Positions 8,257-17,006 of a stretch of 29,890 nt of DNA are shown here, in pieces (position 1 is the first letter of the stretch; every line of letters starts with the position of its first letter). Below the pieces are notes generated by a model. That model was not told the origin of the DNA, did no database searches, and saw nothing but the letters and a program-made list of their open reading frames with translations. The stretch comes from a virus (taxonomy: Duplodnaviria; Caudoviricetes): the IMG/VR virus record IMGVR_UViG_3300031259_000038, positions 1-29,890 of that record. One strand, written 5' to 3'. Made by a program: the position numbers and the translations under genes.

Positions 8257-8881
8257 TGCGAAGCTTCTCCGCTGCCTTGAGAAGCCGAATGGCCTCAGCC
8301 TTGGGGCTCTTGTCGTGCTTCACAAGATGGGTGGGGTGCGGAAACGGCTGCTCGCCGATCTTGGCTTTCTGGACACCCTGTATTTTCCTGAGGAGCGACG
8401 TGCAACTATCGAAGGTCGGCCGCATGGTGCGCTCGGGGTCGAAGTCCTCCATGCCTTTGCCAGCCGCCGCGCGACGAAGGCCGACACGCTCAACGCAAGT
8501 CTCAAACGGCGTATCCATGAAAGCATAAATCCACTTGCCTCTCTTGGCGCTTAGATGAAGTTCGCTGATGGCTCCGATGGCTCCGTACGTCTTGCCGGTA
8601 ATCAGCCCCTCGAAGAATACAATGCGGTCGCCCTTGCAGGCCCACTGGATCAGAGCCATGCGCTGAAGCTTGTCGCTGATGCTGTCCATGCCGCCGCAGG
8701 TGGTCACGTAGGGGCCAAGCACCAGAACCTCCGTCAAGCCCCACCGGCCGATATAGTAGTCGGGGTTCTTTTTGGTCTTACGACTGCAGCGAGGTACGCC
8801 ATTGATCTCCGCGAGCAGCGCGCGGGCCACCGTGGTCTTGCCGGAGCCATTGCAGCCCCCAAGTTTGATTACGCTGAACAT
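8249..8881 (-). CDS. P-loop nucleotide kinase of thymidine-hypermodification clusters
   Basis: N-terminal Walker A GGCNGSGKTT, LGPY...CGGMD, FFEGL, DTPFETCVERV..RR lid motif. AAGGAGG RBS. Confidence 0.8.
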   Translation of the reverse strand: MFSVIKLGGCNGSGKTTVARALLAEINGVPRCSRKTKKNPDYYIGRWGLTEVLVLGPYVTTCGGMDSISDKLQRMALIQWACKGDRIVFFEGLITGKTYGAIGAISELHLSAKRGKWIYAFMDTPFETCVERVGLRRAAAGKGMEDFDPERTMRPTFDSCTSLLRKIQGVQKAKIGEQPFPHPTHLVKHDKSPKAEAIRLLKAAEKLRNA

Positions 8882-8898
8882 TGAGTACCTCCTTCAAA

Positions 8899-8929
8899 TC
8901 TTACCCCGCCGGATCAGGGCGGGGTAAGA
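8899..8929 (-). terminator. 12-bp hairpin between the basic-protein gene and the kinase gene (weak terminator or processing/stability hairpin)
   Basis: TCTTACCCCGCC-N7-GGCGGGGTAAGA. On the minus strand it is followed by only TTT and then the kinase RBS. Confidence 0.55.
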
Positions 8930-8952
8930 CGTTGATGCCGGCGTCTGGGGTA

Positions 8953-9606
8953 TTAGGTCAGTTCGATGTGACCCGACTCGACCAGCTTCGAAAGATACTT
9001 GGTCTTACCGCCCGCTTCCTTGTAGTCGCCGACGGTCTTGGCGCCCTTGAGCGCGTCGAACGAAGCAGCGCGGTTGGAGCCCTCCCGGAAGGGGTTCTCC
9101 TTGTTGACGATCTTGATCTTGCGCTTGTCGCTTTCCGCGCTGTCGGCGGAGCGGGCTTCGCGCGCCTTGGCGAGCGCCTCGGGGTTGCCCTTGCCCTTGG
9201 CAGGGGTCTTGGCGGGTGCGGCTTCCGCGCCCTTGGTCTTCAGCTTGGTGGCCATGATACTCAGCTCCTCTTCAGTAAACGGGGACCATTCCCCAATCCA
9301 TTGGACCGCAAGCGACGTGGCTCCGTGTGCCAACATGGATTCTTTTATACCCGAGATTAGAGAATGTAAAGAGGTTTCTTCCTCTATACGCGGGTAATTC
9401 CTCAAGTGCCAATCCAGCACCACACAATCTGTTACTCCCACTTGCACGCCGGGCACGTAGGCCGGATTGAGCGCCACGCCGAACACGCCTTGGAAGGTCC
9501 GGCCCAGCACAAGAATGCGCCTGCCCATTAGGCTATACGGATCGCGGAGCCTGTAGGGCTCAAAGGCGGAAGGCGCGGGTGCCGGGGCGGTTGCCTTGCG
9601 GGCCAT
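8953..9606 (-). CDS. Basic putative DNA-binding protein; long form 217 aa, probable nested 100-aa form from ATG 9255
   Basis: TAATG coupling to the helicase stop. Internal GAGGAG RBS before ATG 9255. Lys/Ala-rich tail plus a C-terminal domain paralogous to 24864..25409. Confidence 0.6.
   Translation of the reverse strand: MARKATAPAPAPSAFEPYRLRDPYSLMGRRILVLGRTFQGVFGVALNPAYVPGVQVGVTDCVVLDWHLRNYPRIEEETSLHSLISGIKESMLAHGATSLAVQWIGEWSPFTEEELSIMATKLKTKGAEAAPAKTPAKGKGNPEALAKAREARSADSAESDKRKIKIVNKENPFREGSNRAASFDALKGAKTVGDYKEAGGKTKYLSKLVESGHIELT
9340..9370 (-). promoter_or_regulatory. Putative internal promoter
   Basis: AT-rich island inside a GC-rich ORF: TTTACA...GGGTATAAAAGAA, about 85 nt upstream of ATG 9255. 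Confidence 0.4.
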
Positions 9607-11075
9607 TAGCGCCTCCGCGCCTTGAGCGCCTCTAGCAGCGCGTTCTGCGTCTTGGCCTTGGCGCGCTGGACGTGGTAGATGGTCTCGTCTATGGTATCGC
9701 GAGCCATAAAGTGATGCACGAAGACGCGCAGCGCCTTGTTTCCTTGACGGCGCACGCGCTTGATAAACTGCTCATACAGTTCCAAGTCCCAGAACATGCC
9801 GAACCACGCGACATGCTGAGCGTTGCTCTTCTGAAAGTTGAGGCCGTGGCCCATGCTGGCCGGGTGGCCGAACAGAAGCGGGAGAAGCCCGAGGTTCCAG
9901 TCCGACTCGATCTTCTTGGCTTGCTTCTCGTTTACGCCGGAACCGATGTAGGGCACGCCGGGGAAGGCTTGGCGCAGCCGCTCCAGATCGTGGTTGAACT
10001 CGTAGGCTACCAGAAGCGGCTCACCTTGCAAGTCTTCAACTAGTTCCTTGAGCGCCTCGATCTTGGCGTCGTGAACCACAAGCGCCTCGCGGTTTTTGCC
10101 CGCCACCTTGGCCGCAAGGTCATCGTCGATATAGACGGCCCCATTTGCGATCTGTCGACACTTGGTGCTGGCGGCGGCGGCATTGGCCGCGCTGATGACG
10201 TCCTCGTCAATCTTGGCCAGCAGATCATCCTCAACCTGCTCATACATCTTGCGCGCACGCGGCGGCATATCCACCATGACCTTGAGCGGTATGATCTCCG
10301 GCAGTTCAAGGTGGTCCTCGGCGCTGGCGCGCAGAGCCAGAGGCCGCAGCTTGGCGTAGATCTCTTTGTCCGCCCCGGTGCGCAGTACCCACTTCCATCC
10401 CTGAGGATCCACAGGCAGAAAGTATTTCATGCGGTAGTGCGTGATATACTGGCCCAGAGCGTTCCCCATGTCGAGCACATACATCTGACCGAACAGATCC
10501 ATGAGGCCGTTGGGGGCGGGCGTGCCGGTCAGTCCCCATCGACGGCTGAACGTCCCCAGCACTTTCTTGAGCAGTTTGAAGCGCAGGCCCTTGGTTGATT
10601 TGAACTTGGTGAGCTCATCGATAACTAGAGTGTCGAAGCCGAAAGACTTCCACCGCTTCATATCTACGCTGGCGCCCTTGCCGCATATCAGCCACTCCAG
10701 CCCTTCTGGGTTGATAACCAGAATATCGTAGTTATCGCGGTTGTCCAGAACGTCTTGCTTGTGGGACCCGTGCAGCACGCCGATGCGCAGGTGCGCAAGG
10801 TCATCCCACTCCGATGGCTCAGACGGCCAGACAAGCTGGCACACGCGCAGCGGGGCGATGACCAGCGTGCGCTTGGATACTCCGGCCTTCACCAGCGATG
10901 CAATGGCTTTTAGCGTGATAGCCGTCTTGCCCATGCCGGGGTCCAGCAGCAGCGCCGCCGCCCCATGCTCCAGCAGGAACTTGATAGCCTTCTTCTGATA
11001 CCTATGCGCGCTGGCGCTGAACACGCGCTTCAATGGCTTCGAGGGCGGCTTCTTCGTTATCAGTCCAGGCGACAT
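9606..11075 (-). CDS. SNF2-family (SF2) DNA helicase
   Basis: YQKKA Q-motif, LDPGMGKT, VIAP, IDEL, LTGTP, GHGLNFQ, QFIKRVRRQG. Confidence 0.92.
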   Translation of the reverse strand: MSPGLITKKPPSKPLKRVFSASAHRYQKKAIKFLLEHGAAALLLDPGMGKTAITLKAIASLVKAGVSKRTLVIAPLRVCQLVWPSEPSEWDDLAHLRIGVLHGSHKQDVLDNRDNYDILVINPEGLEWLICGKGASVDMKRWKSFGFDTLVIDELTKFKSTKGLRFKLLKKVLGTFSRRWGLTGTPAPNGLMDLFGQMYVLDMGNALGQYITHYRMKYFLPVDPQGWKWVLRTGADKEIYAKLRPLALRASAEDHLELPEIIPLKVMVDMPPRARKMYEQVEDDLLAKIDEDVISAANAAAASTKCRQIANGAVYIDDDLAAKVAGKNREALVVHDAKIEALKELVEDLQGEPLLVAYEFNHDLERLRQAFPGVPYIGSGVNEKQAKKIESDWNLGLLPLLFGHPASMGHGLNFQKSNAQHVAWFGMFWDLELYEQFIKRVRRQGNKALRVFVHHFMARDTIDETIYHVQRAKAKTQNALLEALKARRR

Positions 11076-11304
11076 CGTACCCCAATCCTTCTAGCATGTC
11101 GTGAATGCGCTCTTGCTTCGGCTCCGGCTCGTAGCCCACTTCCTTGAACTCAAGCAGAAACGGCTTACCGCCCGGTATAAAGAATAGAGTATCCGGCCAG
11201 CCAGTTTCAGACCCGAGCGGGGGCTCCATCTTGATGGATGGAACCCGGTAGCGGTTAAGCGCCTTCTTGCGCACTCGCCGCTCCATCTCCCGCTCGCGCC
11301 GCAC
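11002..11304 (-). CDS. VRR-NUC domain nuclease
   Basis: E..ME, GWPD, LEFK, Q...H..L...G pattern. Next to the SNF2 helicase. Confidence 0.85.
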   Translation of the reverse strand: MRREREMERRVRKKALNRYRVPSIKMEPPLGSETGWPDTLFFIPGGKPFLLEFKEVGYEPEPKQERIHDMLEGLGYDVAWTDNEEAALEAIEARVQRQRA

Positions 11305-11604
11305 TTACAGTTGTTCCACGCGATACAGGTTTTCCTGTATGGCATCGACTATCGTGTCCATGCGGCGCACGGCCTCCAGGATTTCGCCCATGGAACCGCT
11401 TACATAGTGGTCACAGTAGTCCTTCTGCGGGCGCGGGTATTCAGGCGTTTGGCCCACCAGCCGGTCCGCCAAGTTTTGAAGGCGAGTAGCTGTATCCGAC
11501 ATGCGCTCCAATGTCTGAATAGCCTCCTTGTTGATGCGCTCCGTGACGGTGGCGTCACGCGCGCTAAGATTCACTGTCTGCACGTTGTTCGCCCCACCCT
11601 TCAC
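11305..11604 (-). CDS. Hypothetical protein
   Basis: GTGA coupling with GAGGAG RBS; fills the operon gap. Confidence 0.6.
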   Translation of the reverse strand: MKGGANNVQTVNLSARDATVTERINKEAIQTLERMSDTATRLQNLADRLVGQTPEYPRPQKDYCDHYVSGSMGEILEAVRRMDTIVDAIQENLYRVEQL

Positions 11605-11870
11605 GAGGTCGGCTCTTCGGTTGCCGCAGGGGCGGGGCCGGGCACTTCCGTGGTGTTGGCCACGTGGATTCCGAGCCAGTATATCGCCTCACGCAGCTTC
11701 GTGCGCGCCTGACTGGCCTCGTGGCTGACGAAGTCCTCCACTTCATTGGCGGCGGCATTGAGGCGGTCGAGCAGCGAGGTCGGAGTATCCACGACCGTCT
11801 GGCCCGCTTCCTTGGCAAGAGCTGCCGCGTCGTCGGCCAGCTTCTGCGCGTCTTCCGTGATACCGTTCAT
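11601..11870 (-). CDS. Hypothetical acidic protein
   Basis: TAAGGA RBS; in-operon position. Confidence 0.65.
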   Translation of the reverse strand: MNGITEDAQKLADDAAALAKEAGQTVVDTPTSLLDRLNAAANEVEDFVSHEASQARTKLREAIYWLGIHVANTTEVPGPAPAATEEPTS

Positions 11871-11880
11871 CGTACGTTCC

Positions 11881-12492
11881 TTATGCGTGGCTGGCGAGAA
11901 GAGCCTTGATGCGGGCCACGTTCTGCATCAAGTGCTTTGCTTGACTGATCGCATCGTCAAGCGCGTTGTGGTGCGTGCCAGTGCGCTGAGCGGAGCTCAA
12001 CTTGTGGAACGCAAAGTCCGGCCCCAACAGTTCGTCCAAGTTCTTGAGCGTTCTGTAGCACCGGCCCCCGAATGCGCCGGGGTAAGGTTTCACCTTAGCA
12101 CAGTCGAAGGCGACCCGCAATATCGGATTGTCAAAGTCTGCGCCGTTACCATACAGGCGAATCTTGCTTGTTTGGCCCTGACGCTGGAGCCACGAGTTAA
12201 ATTGATTGAGCGCCACCGGCAAAGGGTCGCCGCCGGTATTCGCTTCAAGAAACAGCTTCTGTGCGGCGGCGCTTTGCCTGCCCCACCATGCGATTGCGTC
12301 CTCTTGTTCAAAGAGCATGTGTTCGCGGCACGACGGGCGGCTGACGACGCAGTAGAAGTTATCGCCGAGGCGCTCTTCTTCTGGAAAGAACACCACGGCC
12401 CCAATGGACAGGATCGAGCAGCCGGGCACCGTGCCCAAAGTCTCCAGGTCCACCATCACGCGTGTAAGATCAGTCCTCATGCTTGCCCCCAT
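11881..12492 (-). CDS. DEDDh 3'-5' exonuclease (Rv2179c/ExoVIII-N-like)
   Basis: MVDLETLG, ILSIGAV, GNGADFD, CYRT, HNALDDA..QA. Start may be 12480. Confidence 0.85.
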   Translation of the reverse strand: MGASMRTDLTRVMVDLETLGTVPGCSILSIGAVVFFPEEERLGDNFYCVVSRPSCREHMLFEQEDAIAWWGRQSAAAQKLFLEANTGGDPLPVALNQFNSWLQRQGQTSKIRLYGNGADFDNPILRVAFDCAKVKPYPGAFGGRCYRTLKNLDELLGPDFAFHKLSSAQRTGTHHNALDDAISQAKHLMQNVARIKALLASHA

Positions 12493-12637
12493 TGATAAGA
12501 TTGAGTAGACGCTTGAACTCCGCCACTACGGCGGGGTCGCGCGTTGATAGGTAGTGAAAGCCCCTCCGGCGCTCCGGCGCTTTGATGAAGAGTTCATCCT
12601 TGGCCAGTTCAAGCGTCACGTTTTTCAATAGTTGCAT
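12470..12637 (-). CDS. Small hypothetical protein
   Basis: AAGGAGG RBS before MQLLKN; bridges two operon genes. Confidence 0.5.
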   Translation of the reverse strand: MQLLKNVTLELAKDELFIKAPERRRGFHYLSTRDPAVVAEFKRLLNLINGGKHED

Positions 12638-13293
12638 GGCCCGCCCGCCTCCTTTCTGAAAGAACACCAACGACATTTCTGATTGGGCGTTGGAGCGAAC
12701 CGCTTGTCCTTGAACATCGGCTTCACCTTTTCCGTCCAGTCCTTCTTGATGCGATCGAAGTCGCTGCGAGTGTAGACGCGGAGCACTTCGTTATCACCCG
12801 GCTGGTCCAGATACCACAGACGGGTCTGGACCTGCTCCACTTCCGGCCACTTGATGAAGGGCGCCGCGCTGAACAGCTCGACCTGCTCTTCGTTGGTATC
12901 GTACTTGCGGCCGGTCTTGAAGTCGATAAGGTCGACCTCGCCGTCATCGTACTTCACCACCACGTCACAGATGATGCGGAGCCACGTATCACCAGCAAAC
13001 CAGCCGGTCGGCGTCCATTGCTGCGTGAAGCCCCACTGTTGCTCAACCATGGGGTTAAGCCCGCGCAGGTCCTGCATCATATCCGCGAAGTGAACGTAGG
13101 CCGTGGGCACCGCCTTTGGCTTCTTCTTGGCGATTAGATAGTTTTCCCCTTCTTTGTGGATATCCCCGCCGCGCTGCATGGCAGGCGAGCCGGGCTCCTT
13201 CAGCTTGTCGATATACTTCAGCTTGAACCGAAGCGGGCATTGCTTGTAATCCGCGTAGCGCGAATAAGACCAAGCGGTGATTCCATTACTCAA
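12625..13293 (-). CDS. Cas4/RecB-like PD-(D/E)xK exonuclease with probable Fe-S cluster
   Basis: WSYS, CP, G..IH, D..., IDFKTG, Q..L, and C-terminal CRWC-x8-C (four Cys in total). Confidence 0.85.
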   Translation of the reverse strand: MSNGITAWSYSRYADYKQCPLRFKLKYIDKLKEPGSPAMQRGGDIHKEGENYLIAKKKPKAVPTAYVHFADMMQDLRGLNPMVEQQWGFTQQWTPTGWFAGDTWLRIICDVVVKYDDGEVDLIDFKTGRKYDTNEEQVELFSAAPFIKWPEVEQVQTRLWYLDQPGDNEVLRVYTRSDFDRIKKDWTEKVKPMFKDKRFAPTPNQKCRWCSFRKEAGGPCNY

Positions 13294-13565
13294 TTGCGGC
13301 CTCCCATTTGTGCGATCATCTCGTTGATGGCCGACTTGTTGCCCTCTTCGATATTCATGGCCACCACGGTCAGTACCTCATCAGTGGTGTGCTTCGTAGC
13401 GTCCTGACTTGCAATCAGGTTGCCCACAAGCTGCGCCATGGCTGCGAGCATCTCCATGGGCTCCATCTCGTTTTCGGGCGTGACGTTGTCCACCATGGCC
13501 AGAACGATGGCATCGCGAAACTCCAGCGCGCGGGGCGTGGGTTCCTTGACTTTCATCTTACGCAT
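13290..13565 (-). CDS. Hypothetical protein
   Basis: Overlaps both neighbours; GAGG RBS. Confidence 0.6.
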   Translation of the reverse strand: MRKMKVKEPTPRALEFRDAIVLAMVDNVTPENEMEPMEMLAAMAQLVGNLIASQDATKHTTDEVLTVVAMNIEEGNKSAINEMIAQMGGRN

Positions 13566-15489
13566 ATTCGCTTGCTACCTCTGTGAACTTTTCCTGGTCA
13601 GCCCATGTCAGGCCCCACTTGCCCTCGCTGAGCATGGGCACGTCAAGGGCTTTGCTGACTGCCTCCATGCTGTCACGAAGCACCTGCATCTCTGCGATAG
13701 CTGCGTCGCGCCGCGCCTTTGCCGCTTTGGCCGAAGGTGATGAGGAGTTCATCTCGTCATACACCTGCACGAGAAAGCGACCACGCCGCTTAGGGTGTTC
13801 GTTATAGTTGATCATGGCTTGCTTGGTCACATCGGCCGCGCTGCCTTGGCACTCGTAGTTGAGCATCTTGTACTCATACGTCATGTGCCGATTATACTTC
13901 TTGCTGAAGCTTGGCGGCTCAACGTAGTAGGCGCGGTTGCCCCACGTATAGATCGCGCCACCGTCCTTGGCAATCTTCTTGATACGCTCCGACAGCCCGC
14001 CGCGCCCGTTGACGGATGGGAGCGCCGCCCCGTGCGCTGCCAGCAGGCTCTTAGCCTCTTCGATAGAACAACCTATCCCGCTTGCCGTGGCCGGTGCGCC
14101 GCCTCCGTAGATGATCCGGAAGTTTGCGATTTTGACTTGCTTGCGCGCAAACATCTTGCCGGTCTTGGTCTCGATAAGGTCGGCTACGTGCTGGTGGACA
14201 TCCATCCATGGATTTTCGCGATACGCCTGCATAAGAGGACCGTCCTCAAAGTGGGCAAGCAACCGCAACTCTTGACCATTATAGTCTCGGTGCAGCCACG
14301 CGGCGTCCACATCAGGCAGCAGGTAGCGCCGCACAAGCGGCAGCGCATCAACTTCAAGATGCGACGGATGCTTGTAGCCATCGTCGTTGTTATCCCATGT
14401 CTTGCTGATGTTCAGAAAGTTAGGATTGGTTGTTGATGGGCGCCCGGTGCGCGTGCCGCCCTTTTCGCCCCGCACCTGATTCCAGTTTGTTGAGATATGC
14501 CCGTCGCCCCGCGCCTCCGCCTGTATCAGCCAAGGCAGCATGAACATTTTGAGGCAGGTGGTCAGCCGGTTGCGGTACCCGAACGCCGAGGCCACCTTGG
14601 GGTCCGCATACATATCCGGCGTGAGGCTGGCCTTGCTAATGCTGAACCGGCCCGTCTTGGTCAGCGCAAGCTGGTTCTCGCGCACCACGCCAGCGCGCAG
14701 CAGCGCCTCCAGCACTTGACCGTCATTGTCAAGAGACATGGATGCCGACTTCAGACGCTTGCGCAGCCACGCGTCTACAGCTTCCAGCATGGCCGAGTAG
14801 GACTCGATGTCTTTGCGCAGCCGCTCTACGTCAATGCGTATGCCGACGCGCTCGTTATCCAAGAATATGGGCATGACCTTCTGCTCGCGCTCGTAAGCCT
14901 CAAGCATCTCATGCTCGTTGATAACCCAATCCCAGCTATCAATGAACAACGCCTCGGTGCGGTCAACGTCGCCGACGGCATACTTGCCCACAAGCGCGCC
15001 CGGCGCTTTGCTGATCATAGCGCCCCACTCGGAAGGCTTGAAAACTCCGTACTTGGCCTCCAGGTCTTTCTTGTGGGACATGATCCACGCCTTGAGCTCA
15101 TCCTGCTCATCGGGCGGCGTATTCAGAAAGCGCTCGGCCAGCGGCTTGAGGCCCAACTCGCGCGCATGGGGGTCGCGCAAGAACATTATGAACATGGCGT
15201 CGTGAATGTCGGTGTCGGTAAGCCGGGGCATCCCAAGGTGCGTCTCGGCTACGTCGACATCGAACTTGCCGTTGAAGAACAGGACCGGCCCCTTGCCCCA
15301 GACCGCCTTGAGCGCTGCGACAGCTTCGGCCTTCGTGCAGTTATTGCCCGTCGGGTGCCCCCATGCGAAATACCTGCCCTTCTTGCGCCACGGCTTGATC
15401 GCTACTCCGACCGGCTTCGGCGGGTAGTTCGGACGACCCTCAATGGATTGAGTTTCAAAGTCAATAGTGGTTACGTGTGGCACGCGCAT
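13558..15489 (-). CDS. polA: DNA polymerase family A with 3'-5' exonuclease, no 5'-3' nuclease
   Basis: ExoI DFET, ExoII FNGKFD, ExoIII YAVGD, TRTGRPS..PNF.N, motif A DYNGQELR, motif B RKQVKIANF.IIYG, QGSAAD, motif C VYDE. Confidence 0.95.
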   Translation of the reverse strand: MRVPHVTTIDFETQSIEGRPNYPPKPVGVAIKPWRKKGRYFAWGHPTGNNCTKAEAVAALKAVWGKGPVLFFNGKFDVDVAETHLGMPRLTDTDIHDAMFIMFLRDPHARELGLKPLAERFLNTPPDEQDELKAWIMSHKKDLEAKYGVFKPSEWGAMISKAPGALVGKYAVGDVDRTEALFIDSWDWVINEHEMLEAYEREQKVMPIFLDNERVGIRIDVERLRKDIESYSAMLEAVDAWLRKRLKSASMSLDNDGQVLEALLRAGVVRENQLALTKTGRFSISKASLTPDMYADPKVASAFGYRNRLTTCLKMFMLPWLIQAEARGDGHISTNWNQVRGEKGGTRTGRPSTTNPNFLNISKTWDNNDDGYKHPSHLEVDALPLVRRYLLPDVDAAWLHRDYNGQELRLLAHFEDGPLMQAYRENPWMDVHQHVADLIETKTGKMFARKQVKIANFRIIYGGGAPATASGIGCSIEEAKSLLAAHGAALPSVNGRGGLSERIKKIAKDGGAIYTWGNRAYYVEPPSFSKKYNRHMTYEYKMLNYECQGSAADVTKQAMINYNEHPKRRGRFLVQVYDEMNSSSPSAKAAKARRDAAIAEMQVLRDSMEAVSKALDVPMLSEGKWGLTWADQEKFTEVASEYA

Positions 15490-15502
15490 GAACTAACTCC
15501 TG

Positions 15503-15533
15503 ACAAGAAGGGGCTGGGAATCAACCCAGCCCC
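15503..15533 (-). terminator. Intrinsic terminator-like hairpin between the SSB-like gene and polA
   Basis: GGGGCTGGG-N6-CCCAGCCCC (15510-15533), followed by TTCTTGT on the minus strand. Confidence 0.6.
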
Positions 15534-15556
15534 AGAGCGAACCGTTGAGTAGCTTT

Positions 15557-16444
15557 CTACTTGTTGCGGCCCTGACGCCGTGGCGGAGCCTTGGCAGGTG
15601 CCGACGCGCGGCCTTTCAGCTTGGTATTGGACGCGGTCGTCTTGACCGCTTCCTCCTCGTCGGCTACGAACGGGCGGTACGGGAAGTCGATGGTTTCGTA
15701 CTCGGTCTTGTACCGGCCCAGCAGCGTGGGAATAAGTTCACGCTCCACCGGCTCGATCAGTTCAAAGTTGACCTTGAACTGGGACTTGGGGTCCGGCGTC
15801 AGATAGACGCGAGTGTAGACTGCGAACAGCGGCTTGCGAAGCTGCTCCGCCACATCGCGCACGTAGGCATCAAAGCCCTTGCCGCTCATCACCGGAATTT
15901 TCAAGAACGCCGCCTCGGCCGTGCGGAAGTGGTCCGGGTCGTTGATCAGCTCCAGTTCAAAGCCCCCATGCCGCCCCGCGCTCTTATACGTGCCCGCCGG
16001 AATGCACGCCAGTCGGCGCCGGTTGGCGCAGGCTTTGCCCCGGCCCTTGGCAGCCGAGCCGAACTCGTTCTGCGGGCACCCCTTGCAGGTATCGTTCTGC
16101 GCGGTGAAGGTGTCGGGGTGCTCCTCCATGCTGGGGTGCGGCGCCATCTCGTCCTTCTCGTCCGGGTCCTTGCAGAACGCGAAACAGGTGGGCGGCGTGC
16201 GGTTGTCGGCGTCGAAGGACTCCTCGTAGTAGAGGTTTTCGAGACACCATGCCGCGATGATAACGCACATCTGATTGCCCGGCATCGGCGTGTCGTCATA
16301 TTGCAGCACGCCCGCGCGAGTGCTGAAGAAGCGGCCTCCGCCGCCGTCGCTGGTCAGTGCCGTGGTGGCCCCGGCAAGGCGCGCCAGTTCCTCGTCGTAG
16401 TTGGCGATATCGGTGCCAGTCGTTGCGGTGGGTTTACGTGCCAT
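15557..16444 (-). CDS. Conserved replication-module protein, probable ssDNA-binding protein with Cys (Zn) insert
   Basis: PTCFA, CKGCPQNEFGSA..GRGKAC.N.RRLA. Strong AAGGAG RBS; directly upstream of polA. The SSB role is an inference from position. Confidence 0.55.
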   Translation of the reverse strand: MARKPTATTGTDIANYDEELARLAGATTALTSDGGGGRFFSTRAGVLQYDDTPMPGNQMCVIIAAWCLENLYYEESFDADNRTPPTCFAFCKDPDEKDEMAPHPSMEEHPDTFTAQNDTCKGCPQNEFGSAAKGRGKACANRRRLACIPAGTYKSAGRHGGFELELINDPDHFRTAEAAFLKIPVMSGKGFDAYVRDVAEQLRKPLFAVYTRVYLTPDPKSQFKVNFELIEPVERELIPTLLGRYKTEYETIDFPYRPFVADEEEAVKTTASNTKLKGRASAPAKAPPRRQGRNK

Positions 16445-16462
16445 GGTATATGTGCTCCTTTG

Positions 16463-16885
16463 TTACTTCTTGGTGACCGACAGCTTCGTAATGGGGAAGC
16501 GGCCGACGCCGGGTGGCAGCTTGGGCTTCCAGTTCAGCCCCTTCTTACCAGCAGGCTTCTCCTGCGAGTCGACGAACTCCTGCACCGCCGCCTGATTGAT
16601 GGCGCGGTTGAGGTACTGGAAATCGCCGGTTTTGCGAATGTGCGCGTAGAAGGCATCCCAGTCCTCCACGCGGTAGCTGTCCGTGGTTTTCACCACGGCG
16701 GTATGGGTCTTGCCCACGGCGCCCCCTTCGTCGCGCTTGTCGATTTGTGCGATGAGATGTTCCGAGACCTCGGTCTCTTGCGCTTTGATGTCCTTGGCCA
16801 CCTTGTCCTGCGCCAACCGCTCGGCGCGCAGCTTGAGGTAGAGGTCGACGCAGGCGCCCAGCGTCTTGGGGAGTTTCAGTGCCAT
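16463..16885 (-). CDS. Conserved phage protein (coiled coil plus V.DWD.FY..I motif)
   Basis: TAAGGA RBS; first gene after a promoter. Confidence 0.7.
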   Translation of the reverse strand: MALKLPKTLGACVDLYLKLRAERLAQDKVAKDIKAQETEVSEHLIAQIDKRDEGGAVGKTHTAVVKTTDSYRVEDWDAFYAHIRKTGDFQYLNRAINQAAVQEFVDSQEKPAGKKGLNWKPKLPPGVGRFPITKLSVTKK

Positions 16886-16974
16886 GGTTCTCAGTTCCTT
16901 AGGTTCTCAGTTGCTCAGGGGTTGCGGCCCGGCCTTGGGGTGGGCCGGAGGGCAGGCTAGGCCGCAACGGTTCT

Positions 16975-17003
16975 ATTATGCCCGGCCCCGCGTAGACGCA
17001 CAA
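16975..17003 (-). promoter_or_regulatory. Sigma70-like promoter
   Basis: TTGTGC-N17-CATAAT in the only sizeable intergenic gap of the replication cluster. Confidence 0.6.
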
Positions 17004-17006
17004 GCG

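Noticed and set aside
12625-13293. Cas4 as part of a CRISPR-Cas locus
   Set aside because: No array or other cas genes. Solo Cas4-like nucleases are normal in phage replication modules.
15545-16960. 471-aa plus-strand ORF, and similar long antisense ORFs (14497..15552, 18448..19533, 20392..21384, 23055..23957, 2268..3245)
   Set aside because: They shadow well-supported genes on the opposite strand, have no motifs or RBS, and are expected in GC-rich DNA.
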